The notes under the pieces: model-generated | Told to the model about the DNA's origin: nothing | What the model saw: only the letters and a program-made list of their open reading frames with translations | Databases searched by the model: none | Assembly: GCA_043804515.1 (NCBI GenBank) | Contig: JAZDIZ010000122.1 | Location: forward strand, 1 to 16,221 | Origin: Pseudomonadota bacterium | GTDB taxonomy: Bacteria; Bdellovibrionota_G; JALEGL01; DATDPG01 | Reading direction: 5' to 3' | Length of the DNA stretch: 16,221 nt | Made by a program: the position numbers and the translations under genes | Shown here: piece by piece, positions 8,487-16,170 of the stretch | Numbering within the stretch: position 1 is the first letter of the stretch | Layout: every line of letters begins with the position of its first letter

Positions 8487-9371
8487 TTAGGTGCAATGCG
8501 TCCCGCAGCTCAGGCCCTGCGCGGTGAGATAGCTCTCCAGATCCACGAAATCGTTCCGGATCCCCGCTCCGATGTCCCCGCTGCTGACCCCGGCTGAAAA
8601 GATGAAGACGGAACCACCGGACACACTCCAAGCCGAGATAAACTCCCAAGACAACTTGTCCGTGAAAGGGATCGTGATCTGAAAGTTTCGCAGAAATGTG
8701 AGGTACGCGTTGTAGTTCCCCGTTAAGTTGACAGCCGGAGCGGCTATTTGCTCCCAGTACAACAGCGCCTCTCCACTCGGAAGGTTCGCGTCCCGGACCC
8801 GCCGAAGAACCACGTCGCTGTCGTATTGGAAGACGATCCCCTTCGGGGCCAGGTTCACGACGTGATTCACCGCTTCGGCGCGGTCGGTGCTCCCGGCGAT
8901 CAACTGCTGATCCGCTCCGTCCGCAAAGACGCGCTCGTAGCTTCTGAAGTTCGTGGGGGAAAGCACCACCGCCCAGTTCCCGGTGACCATCAGGGGAAAG
9001 AGCGTTGAATAGTTCGCGCTTACGGGCCGCGCGACCAGCGCGCCGACGCTCTCGGGAACCGTCGCGTAAGCCGTGAGGCCGAAACCCCAGCGGAAGGCGT
9101 CGATGGCGGTGTAATTTTGTGGTTTTGAGACATCGAAGGGAACGAGCTGGTCCTCCGGGATGGGCTGGTACGCACCATTGAACGCTTCCAATAAGATCTC
9201 ATTCAAGCGCACTACATCCGGGGCAAGCGTGGCGTCGTCGGCCGCATCACCGGCGCCGAGACGCGCGACAATGTCTTGAAGCTCCTTCTCGGGGAGCGGA
9301 AGACCCACGCCCCCGCAGCCGATGGAAAGTGAACAAGCCAAGGTACCGACGGCAAGGAGGAGACTTTTCAT
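8487..9371 (-). CDS. Hypothetical exported protein, probable lipoprotein, 294 aa
   Basis: ATG 9371: MKSLLLAVGTLACSLSIG|CGG, basic-hydrophobic-Cys signal. Long open frame filling the gap; no recognisable domain. Confidence 0.72.
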   Translation of the reverse strand: MKSLLLAVGTLACSLSIGCGGVGLPLPEKELQDIVARLGAGDAADDATLAPDVVRLNEILLEAFNGAYQPIPEDQLVPFDVSKPQNYTAIDAFRWGFGLTAYATVPESVGALVARPVSANYSTLFPLMVTGNWAVVLSPTNFRSYERVFADGADQQLIAGSTDRAEAVNHVVNLAPKGIVFQYDSDVVLRRVRDANLPSGEALLYWEQIAAPAVNLTGNYNAYLTFLRNFQITIPFTDKLSWEFISAWSVSGGSVFIFSAGVSSGDIGAGIRNDFVDLESYLTAQGLSCGTHCT

Positions 9372-9429
9372 AGGATCTAAACCGAAACTTCCCCACAAAC
9401 AGGCCGATTGTCAAATTGTGGCCGGTGGC

Positions 9430-9472
9430 CGCCGAACGGCGGAAAGCCGCCTTCGGCGCGCGCCCAGGGCGC
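9430..9472. other. GC-rich double hairpin just downstream of the MFS stop codon
   Basis: CGCCGAA-c-GGCGG-aaag-CCGCC-TTCGGCG (9430-9458) and GCGCC-cag-GGCGC (9460-9472); no U-tract. Confidence 0.5.
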
Positions 9473-9478
9473 TCTTCG

Positions 9479-10804
9479 TCAGGATGCCGGCTGTGACGCG
9501 GGCGGTTTTCCCGACCGTTCCAGGATCATGCCCATCCGTTTGTCGCTCCGACGGAGCAGAATCGCGAATACGAACCCCACGATCCCCAGGCTGGCGAACA
9601 TGATCATGCTGGCCTGGTAGTTCTGCGTGTGCTCCCGCAATATCCCGTTGAACCAAGGGAAGGCGGCAAGGCCCACGTTTTGAACCATCGTCATCAGACC
9701 GAACGCCGTGCCCACTTTGTTCTTTTCCACAAGAAGCGGGATGGAAGGCCACATGGCGGCGGGAACCAGAACGAACGCGCCACCCAGGACCATCATGGGG
9801 TACCGGGGAGGCATGTCCGTGAACCCGAGCGCCACATAGGCGGGGATCATCAAGAGCGACCCCAGAACCATCAGAGACGCCCTCCGGCCGATCTTATCCA
9901 CGATCCCGCCGGCGAAGGGTGCGCAGCACATCGAGGCGAAAATGATGATGGACGTGGTTCCGGGAGCCGTGGAGAACATGTGCGTGAAGTTCGCGAAGAT
10001 GTCACCCAGGAAGCCTCCCGTGGCTTCCGCCGTCAAAGGAAGCTGCCACTTTTCGTGGAAGAAATTGGTCGATAGGGCGGTGAAGGGGAAGATCGCCGAA
10101 TAGAACGTCACGCAAAGAATCGTCACGAACCAGTACGAAGACGGGAACTTCCAGATCTGCGACCAGTCGATCTTGTCTCCGGCCCCCTCCTCCTTGAGGC
10201 CCAATATGGGTTCCGCATGCTTGTCCATCCCGACGTACAACATATTGGCAAGAAGACTCAGGACGCACAGGCCGGTGGCCACGATAAGGGCCATGGATGG
10301 GCTCCAACGCTGGGCGATCAGGGCCTCGGTATTGAACGTGAACAGCGTACCGACACGGCTCATCGTGAGGCAGATGCCGAAGGAAAGCGCGAGTTCCTTG
10401 CCTTTGAACCAGCGGGCCAGGATCGCGCTCTGGCAGACGATCAAGGATTCGGAGCCGGCGCCGAAAATGAACCTGCCGATATAAAGAGTCCAAAGGTTCG
10501 GTGCAAAGGACACGATAGCGGCGCCGATGGCCACGAGGCCGGAGAAGATCAGGCTGGACTTGCGGGTTCCGATCTTGTCGATGAGAAGTCCCCCGCCTAA
10601 AAGCGTAAGGATGGCAGCCCAGCTGTACATCGAGTACATGGTGCCGATCTGGGACTGGCCGATCCCGAGGTTCTTCATCAGCGTGTCTTCGATCGCGCCC
10701 ACGCTGTCGTACGCGAAATAGCTTCCGAAGATGATAAGGCTCACGATCAGAAGGAGTGTGAAGCGGTAAGGCCTGCGTGAAGGGTGGAACCATCCGTCGC
10801 TCAT
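9479..10804 (-). CDS. MFS transporter, MFSD1-like subfamily
   Basis: 441 aa, about 12 TM. Motif A variants GGLLIDKIGTRK and GGIVDKIGRR; FGSYFAYD, GRFIFGAGSES, WFKGKELALSFG, MWPSIPLLV, GTAFGLMTMVQNVG; SD AGGAG upstream. Confidence 0.92.
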   Translation of the reverse strand: MSDGWFHPSRRPYRFTLLLIVSLIIFGSYFAYDSVGAIEDTLMKNLGIGQSQIGTMYSMYSWAAILTLLGGGLLIDKIGTRKSSLIFSGLVAIGAAIVSFAPNLWTLYIGRFIFGAGSESLIVCQSAILARWFKGKELALSFGICLTMSRVGTLFTFNTEALIAQRWSPSMALIVATGLCVLSLLANMLYVGMDKHAEPILGLKEEGAGDKIDWSQIWKFPSSYWFVTILCVTFYSAIFPFTALSTNFFHEKWQLPLTAEATGGFLGDIFANFTHMFSTAPGTTSIIIFASMCCAPFAGGIVDKIGRRASLMVLGSLLMIPAYVALGFTDMPPRYPMMVLGGAFVLVPAAMWPSIPLLVEKNKVGTAFGLMTMVQNVGLAAFPWFNGILREHTQNYQASMIMFASLGIVGFVFAILLRRSDKRMGMILERSGKPPASQPAS

Positions 10805-10892
10805 AAGTCTCCTCTCGGCTTCCGGGGCTTGCCTCGTCCCCCGGAAATTTCCCGAACGCTATACACGGTTTGGTCCAGAGCTCCCAAAGGAT

Positions 10893-11522
10893 TTATCCTT
10901 CGGGTTCGTCGTGCGGATCGCCGTCCTTGTGCGGGAAATAAGGGCGCACCCGGAGGGGGACGCCGAGTTCCGATGCGAGACGTTCACATGCCGCCAAGTC
11001 CAGACCGGGGAGGGCCACGACGGTGGCTTTGACCACCGGTACATGCGCACGCACAGCCCGGATAAACTCGCACACGGCGGCGTGAGCTGAGACTCCGAAC
11101 CGGCTCGGACAAAGCCGGGCGTATGTCGCCGCATCGGACGCATTCAGAGACACGTGAACCTCGTCCAGGGCGCCATTCAACTCCGATGAAACGTCACGGC
11201 CGGCCCGAAGGGAGGCCAGTCCGTCCGTGACCAGCCGCACGTGGTGTCCCGTCGCGCGGAGGATCCGTCCCGCCGTGACGAGCAGATCGAGCCTGATTGT
11301 GGGCTCCCCCAATCCCACGAACGCCACATTCTTGTACCCGGCAAGGCCGATCGACTTCGCGTACCCGATCAATTCGTCCAGGGAGGGCTCCCCGTCACGG
11401 CTCATGTCGTTCCCCGCCACCGTCCAACGGTTGTGAGTTTTCGGGCAGAACACGCAGGCGAGCGTGCATTCGCGCGTCAACGCCAGGTAAAGCGTCCCAT
11501 CGTAGATGTAAGCGATCGCCAT
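10893..11522 (-). CDS. Radical SAM protein, TatD-associated family type
   Basis: 209 aa. IAYIYDGTLYLALTRECTLACVFC (CxxxCxxC), FVGLGEPTIRL, RLVTDG, VSLNA, YARLCPS, C-terminal LRVRPY. Confidence 0.86.
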   Translation of the reverse strand: MAIAYIYDGTLYLALTRECTLACVFCPKTHNRWTVAGNDMSRDGEPSLDELIGYAKSIGLAGYKNVAFVGLGEPTIRLDLLVTAGRILRATGHHVRLVTDGLASLRAGRDVSSELNGALDEVHVSLNASDAATYARLCPSRFGVSAHAAVCEFIRAVRAHVPVVKATVVALPGLDLAACERLASELGVPLRVRPYFPHKDGDPHDEPEG

Positions 11523-11537
11523 CCGGGGCTTAATACA

Positions 11538-12518
11538 TCATTTCGGCGGAATCAGAACAACCTTGCCGGTGACGGCCCGATCTCGCACGATTCGCAGGGC
11601 TTCAACGACGTTTTCCATAGGATACGTTCCGCTGATCAGGGGCTTGATCTTGCCCCCCTGGTACCACCTGAGGAGCTTTTGAAAGTTCGCCTTGGCTACG
11701 TCTGGGAAGTTTTTGATGAACGCCGTCCAGTGCACGCCGACGATGCTCGCGCCCTTCAAGAGCGGGAGGTTCATCGGGAGGGAAGGGATCGCGCCCCCTG
11801 CAAAGCCGACGATCAAGAGCCGGCCGCCCCAGGCTAAAGCGCGCAACGCCGGTTCGGTTAGGCTTCCCCCCACGGGGTCGAGGACGACGTCCACTCCCTC
11901 GCCCTTCGTGAGTTCTTTAAGCCGATCCTTCAGATTCGATTCCGAATAGTTGATGCATTCATCGGCTCCGTGCTTCTCGGCGATCTCCAACTTTCGCGTG
12001 TCTCCCGCGGCTGCGATCACCCTGGCTCCCATGGCCTTTCCCACCTGCACGGCGGCCAAGCCCACGCCACCGGCGGCGCCGGGTACGGCGAGAGTCTCCC
12101 CTTTCTTGAGTTCCGCTCGCTGCACAAGAGCATGGCAGACGGTCCCAAATACCGTAGGAAACACGGCCGCGCTCTCGAACGGCATGGATTTCGGGATTCG
12201 GAACACTCTCTGCGCCGGGACCGCGATCTGGGCCGCCCACGCGCCCCACGGCGCCGAGAGCACAACGTGGTCGCCGCGCTTGAATCCCCGCACGTGGCCG
12301 CCAAGACCTTCCACGATTCCGGCGGCCTCGAATCCGGGCGTGAAGGGAAGGGGAGGCTTGACCTGATATGCCCCGGCCACCATCAGAATGTCGGGGAAAT
12401 TAACGCCCGCCGCCTTGATGCGGACGAGGATCTCGCCGGGCTGTGGCTTTGGTTCCGGCACGCTTTCGAGCGTCAGATTCTCGAATCCGCCGAATGCTTT
12501 GCATTGAACGGCTTTCAT
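11538..12518 (-). CDS. NADPH:quinone oxidoreductase (zeta-crystallin-like MDR), 326 aa
   Basis: Start reassigned to ATG 12518 (MKAVQC; ATGA overlap with the methyltransferase stop). AAGVNFPD, PFTPGFEAAG, GAAGGVG, GVDVVLDPVGG, GRLLIVGFAGG, TGKVVL; no Zn-binding Cys cluster. Confidence 0.93.
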   Translation of the reverse strand: MKAVQCKAFGGFENLTLESVPEPKPQPGEILVRIKAAGVNFPDILMVAGAYQVKPPLPFTPGFEAAGIVEGLGGHVRGFKRGDHVVLSAPWGAWAAQIAVPAQRVFRIPKSMPFESAAVFPTVFGTVCHALVQRAELKKGETLAVPGAAGGVGLAAVQVGKAMGARVIAAAGDTRKLEIAEKHGADECINYSESNLKDRLKELTKGEGVDVVLDPVGGSLTEPALRALAWGGRLLIVGFAGGAIPSLPMNLPLLKGASIVGVHWTAFIKNFPDVAKANFQKLLRWYQGGKIKPLISGTYPMENVVEALRIVRDRAVTGKVVLIPPK

Positions 12519-13486
12519 TTTCGCGCCACGACCAGGTCCGAAAACGGGGACAGCCTTCGGAACGTGACGGTTTTCAGGCCGGCCCTCCTGAGCCAATCCC
12601 GGTATTCCCTAAGCGTGTAGCTGTTTCCTCCCTGGGTGTTGACCAGCATGTTCACGGCGAAAAGCGCCGCGTGAACGGGGCTCGTGCGGTCATCGCTCAG
12701 GACAAAGTCGTGAATGGCCAGCCGCCCTCCTTTGTTGAGCGCCCGCGCAGCCTTCTTGAGGAAGGCCTGATTCTCGGCGGGGGAGAACTGGTGGCAGATC
12801 GAGGAGATCAGAGCCAGGTCGAAGCCCGAACCGAACCGATCCTGCGTCAAATCGCCTTCTAGGAATGTGAAATTCTCGCGGACGCCGGCCGACGCGACAT
12901 ACCGCCTTGTGAGCGGAATCACCTGAGGCCGGTCCAGGAGCGTGATTCGAACATCCGGCTTCCGTTTTGCGATCGCGATGGAATAGACGCCGGAGCCTCC
13001 TCCCAAGTCGAGGACGCTTCGGACGCCCTGGAGCGGCAGGGCCCGTGCGAGCTGTGGGGCTCGGAGCATTCCGAGTTGATGCATCAGCCCGATAAACGAG
13101 TCCGTTTCCGCGCGGGTTCTGGAAAGCCGCTCCTGGGGCCTGCCCCTCTTTGCCACTTCCGTCAGACGGGACCAACTCTCCCAAAGGCCGAAATGATGGC
13201 CGAGGCCCAGGCGCCAGTCGCTCGCACCTCCTTCGGCCAGAAATTCCGCGGATTCCTTAGTATTGAAAAACTTCCTGCCCTTCTTGCGGACGAGGCCGAG
13301 GGTCGCCAATGCGTTCAAGAGGATCTCCACGCCGCGGAAGCTCGCGCGGACCTTCCGCGCCACCGCCTCGGATGTGGCGCCTCCCTTCAAGGCCGAAAAA
13401 AGATCCAGCTCGACGGCGCTCAAGAGAATCCGGCTGGCACGGTATCCGTAAAGGAGAGCAGTGAGCCTTGGCGGCAAGTCCTTCAT
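12515..13486 (-). CDS. SAM-dependent O-methyltransferase (Methyltransf_2 type with N-terminal dimerisation domain), 323 aa
   Basis: ATG 13486 with GGAGAG upstream. SRILLSAVELDLF dimerisation domain, VLDLGGGSG motif I, LEGD, SSICH, LNKGGRLAIHD, FAVNMLVNTQGG. Confidence 0.92.
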   Translation of the reverse strand: MKDLPPRLTALLYGYRASRILLSAVELDLFSALKGGATSEAVARKVRASFRGVEILLNALATLGLVRKKGRKFFNTKESAEFLAEGGASDWRLGLGHHFGLWESWSRLTEVAKRGRPQERLSRTRAETDSFIGLMHQLGMLRAPQLARALPLQGVRSVLDLGGGSGVYSIAIAKRKPDVRITLLDRPQVIPLTRRYVASAGVRENFTFLEGDLTQDRFGSGFDLALISSICHQFSPAENQAFLKKAARALNKGGRLAIHDFVLSDDRTSPVHAALFAVNMLVNTQGGNSYTLREYRDWLRRAGLKTVTFRRLSPFSDLVVARK

Positions 13487-13573
13487 CGTTCTCTCCGATC
13501 TCTGCATTGGCCGGGTTCTACAGGCTACTTCCAAAAAAACGATATAGGCACCTTGGGCCGCCGGCCGATCTTT

Positions 13574-14410
13574 TCAACAACTCGCACCCGGTGTAAGCGT
13601 GCAATCGGCCACTTCCAAAACGTGTTGCCAATGTGTGCACGATTCCTCTTTATCACTGGCTTGGCAATCGATCTTGCCCCATCCGGTCTTGTCTTGAACG
13701 TCTACGCAGAGCGTGGCGCAGTCGGCACCCAGACCACCAAACCTGACATGCACCGGTCCTCCGCCGGAATCAACGAGGACATTTATAGTTGACGAGCTGG
13801 ACCAACACCCATTGAAGGTCTTTGCTTTTCCGTCCAAAGAATAACTGACATTCATACACACGTAAGCCGGTGTTTCCGCGGGCGGCTCAGTGGCGGTGGT
13901 TCTGTACTCGCCGGTAAAGCTTGAAAGGACGGGGCTTCCGCTGCAATTGCTTCCGAAACCATCGAACGAAATATCATCACAATACTGAAATTGAACGCCC
14001 GTACCGGCGGTTACCTGTCCGACGCCGGCGCAGGGGGTCTGTAAGATGCCGCTATCGTGGTCACGGATGCCGAAACCGCCGGCATCGCTAAGGCACTTCA
14101 CGTCTAGAATCGTCTTGGTGGCGTCGGATGAATTCGAAAAACAGGCGGAAAATGTTGCCTCCTCCCTTGCAAGGAAATAATTGATTCCCGCGGCGTAAAC
14201 GCCTGCGGAGGCATGCGTTCCCGCGACCGCCATGTTTACGACGGATGTCGCGGTACCAGCCTCAACCGTCCCCGTGGGAGAATCAAACAACGCGGCGGCA
14301 TCAGCCGGATCGATGGACGTGAGGGTTGAGTCGCTGCCGCCGAGGCAACCAGCCGTTAAAGCTATAAGAAGTCCGCTTGCCAGAACCCGACTTAGGACGT
14401 GTCGCATCAT
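13574..14410 (-). CDS. Hypothetical Cys-rich lipoprotein, 278 aa
   Basis: SD AGGAGG; signal MMRHVLSRVLASGLLIALTAG|C; 13 further Cys; Ser/Thr/Gly-rich; no recognisable domain. Confidence 0.78.
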   Translation of the reverse strand: MMRHVLSRVLASGLLIALTAGCLGGSDSTLTSIDPADAAALFDSPTGTVEAGTATSVVNMAVAGTHASAGVYAAGINYFLAREEATFSACFSNSSDATKTILDVKCLSDAGGFGIRDHDSGILQTPCAGVGQVTAGTGVQFQYCDDISFDGFGSNCSGSPVLSSFTGEYRTTATEPPAETPAYVCMNVSYSLDGKAKTFNGCWSSSSTINVLVDSGGGPVHVRFGGLGADCATLCVDVQDKTGWGKIDCQASDKEESCTHWQHVLEVADCTLTPGASC

Positions 14411-14459
14411 GGTCCTCCTGCGCGGAGCCTACCATCCTCGTGAACCATTCCCAACTCTC

Positions 14460-14514
14460 GGATCCCGGATCCCGGAGACAGATTCCAGCTTCCGGTCACC
14501 GGTTTCCGGAATCG
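14460..14514. repeat. Degenerate heptamer tandem array
   Basis: GGATCCC GGATCCC GGAGAC AGATTCC AGCTTCC GGTCACC GGTTTCC GGAATCG, right after the permease stop. Confidence 0.5.
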
Positions 14515-14518
14515 TGAT

Positions 14519-16006
14519 CTATTTCATCCTCGCCATGATGCTGTGTTTTCGGCCGTAGAGGAAATAGATCACGAAGCCGAGGACGAGCCACCCGATGAGC
14601 CGGAGCCAGTTCTCAAACGGCAACGAGAACATAAGGAGGAGGCAAAGGAGAATTCCCAAAATCGGCACAAGAGGGAACAACGGGGCGCGGAAGGGCCGCT
14701 CGGCCTCCGGATGCTTATATCGCATGATCCAGACGGCGGCGCAGACGATCACAAACGCCAGCAACGTTCCGATATTCACCAGTTCGGCTAGGACGCGAAG
14801 CGGGAGGAAGGAGGCCAGGATCCCCACAAAGCAACCGGTGGCGATCGTGGATTTCCACGGTGTGCGAAACCGCTCATGGATCGCGCCGAAGAAACCGCGT
14901 GGGAGCAGGCCATCACGCGCCATCGCCAGGAGAACCCGGGGCTGGCTGAGCATCAGAACCAGGAGCACGGACGTGATGCCCGCCAGAGCGCCGGCGGCGA
15001 CCAAGTACCGCGCCCAATTGAGGCCGACTTGGGCGAAGGCGTTGGAGACGGGAGCGTCGATGTCGATCTTGTCGTACGGTACCATGCCGGTCAGAACCGT
15101 GGCCACGGCGATGTAAAGCACCGTGCAGATCAGAAGCGAGGCGATGATCCCGATGGGAACGTCACGTCTAGGATTCTTCGCTTCCTCCGCATGTGTGGAA
15201 ACCGAGTCAAACCCGATGTACGCGAAAAAGATGGTGGCCGCACCGGCCATCATACCGAGGGGCTCGCCTCCCTTTCCCGTCATTCCCCAGATCGTCTTTC
15301 CGAAGAAACTGATTCCGGTGAAGCCGAAGGGCGCGAACGGGTGCCAGTTCTGCGGGTTCACGAAGAAGGCCCCGACCGCGATGACGAAGAGCACGATAGC
15401 CAGCTTGATTCCGACCATGATCGCGTTGAACGAGGCGCTTTCGCGGATCCCCTTCACGAGAACGATCGTGATCAGCGCCGTGATGATGAGAGCCGGGAGG
15501 TCCATGAACGCGTGTGTGGAGGCAAAAATGCCCTGTGTCGGATCGTAGTCGAACGGCGCCCGGGCGAGCGCTTCGGGCACCTTGACGTTCACGATGTTCA
15601 GAAAATCCTGGAAATAGTGGGACCACCCGTGGGCCACTGTGGCGGAACCCACGGCGTATTCCAGGACCAGATCCCAGCCGATGATCCAGGCCATCAATTC
15701 GCCCAGGGTTGCGTACGCGTACGTATAAGCCGAGCCGGCCACGGGGACCATGGACGCGAATTCGGCATAGCAGAGGGCGGAAAAGACGCACGCGATCCCG
15801 GCGACAACGAACGATAGAGACAGGGCGGGGCCCACCTTGTCGTGGGCGGCCTGGCCCGTCAGGACGAAGATGCCGGTGCCGATGATGCAGCCGACGCCCA
15901 AGGACGTGAGCTGCACGGGACCCAGAATCCGGCGGAGCCGGTTCTCCCCGTTCGCCTCCTCCAAAAGCATTTTGAGCGGTTTTCTTGAAAAGAGCTGTTT
16001 CAGCAT
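14519..16006 (-). CDS. APC-superfamily amino-acid permease (cationic amino acid transporter / YfnA-YhdG-like)
   Basis: 495 aa. TM1 GCIIGTGIFVLTG, LCYAEFASMVPVAGSAYTY, TM6 FFAYIGFD, AEEAKNPRRDVPIGI, AMARDGLLP; SD GGGGAG. Confidence 0.95.
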   Translation of the reverse strand: MLKQLFSRKPLKMLLEEANGENRLRRILGPVQLTSLGVGCIIGTGIFVLTGQAAHDKVGPALSLSFVVAGIACVFSALCYAEFASMVPVAGSAYTYAYATLGELMAWIIGWDLVLEYAVGSATVAHGWSHYFQDFLNIVNVKVPEALARAPFDYDPTQGIFASTHAFMDLPALIITALITIVLVKGIRESASFNAIMVGIKLAIVLFVIAVGAFFVNPQNWHPFAPFGFTGISFFGKTIWGMTGKGGEPLGMMAGAATIFFAYIGFDSVSTHAEEAKNPRRDVPIGIIASLLICTVLYIAVATVLTGMVPYDKIDIDAPVSNAFAQVGLNWARYLVAAGALAGITSVLLVLMLSQPRVLLAMARDGLLPRGFFGAIHERFRTPWKSTIATGCFVGILASFLPLRVLAELVNIGTLLAFVIVCAAVWIMRYKHPEAERPFRAPLFPLVPILGILLCLLLMFSLPFENWLRLIGWLVLGFVIYFLYGRKHSIMARMK

Positions 16007-16133
16007 GGCATCTCTCCCCCAGGCACGATCGCCTGATCGGAAATATATAAAACCCGGAAAGGTTGGGCGAATTTTAGCGGACGCCGAAAAGGAGACGGAA
16101 TCCCCCGCCCTGAGCGGTGCGTCATAAAAATAC

Positions 16134-16162
16134 TTTACGGACGGACGCGTCCGTCATATAAT
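16134..16162 (+). promoter_or_regulatory. Sigma70-type promoter with a perfect 16-bp palindromic operator in the spacer
   Basis: TTTACG (16134-16139)-N17-TATAAT (16157-16162); GACGGACGCGTCCGTC (16140-16155) is its own reverse complement. Confidence 0.72.
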
Positions 16163-16170
16163 TAACATCG

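Noticed and set aside
9386..9414. Perfect TTGACA on the minus strand upstream of the lipoprotein gene
   Set aside because: No acceptable -10 hexamer at 16-18 bp spacing.
10893..11522. Radical SAM protein as a RiPP maturase or viperin-like defence enzyme
   Set aside because: No SPASM/twitch Cys cluster, no precursor peptide ORF nearby, and the motifs fit the TatD-associated family better.
12519..12596. N-terminal extension of the QOR ORF
   Set aside because: It overlaps the methyltransferase 3' end; MKAV at 12518 is the family-typical start with an ATGA overlap.
13487..13576. The Cys-rich lipoprotein and the methyltransferase are in the same frame, separated by one TGA right after a Cys codon (possible selenocysteine or read-through fusion)
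   Set aside because: A 29-codon open spacer is plausible by chance, I see no convincing SECIS hairpin, the methyltransferase has its own SD and ATG, and fusing an exported lipoprotein to a SAM-dependent cytoplasmic enzyme is unlikely.
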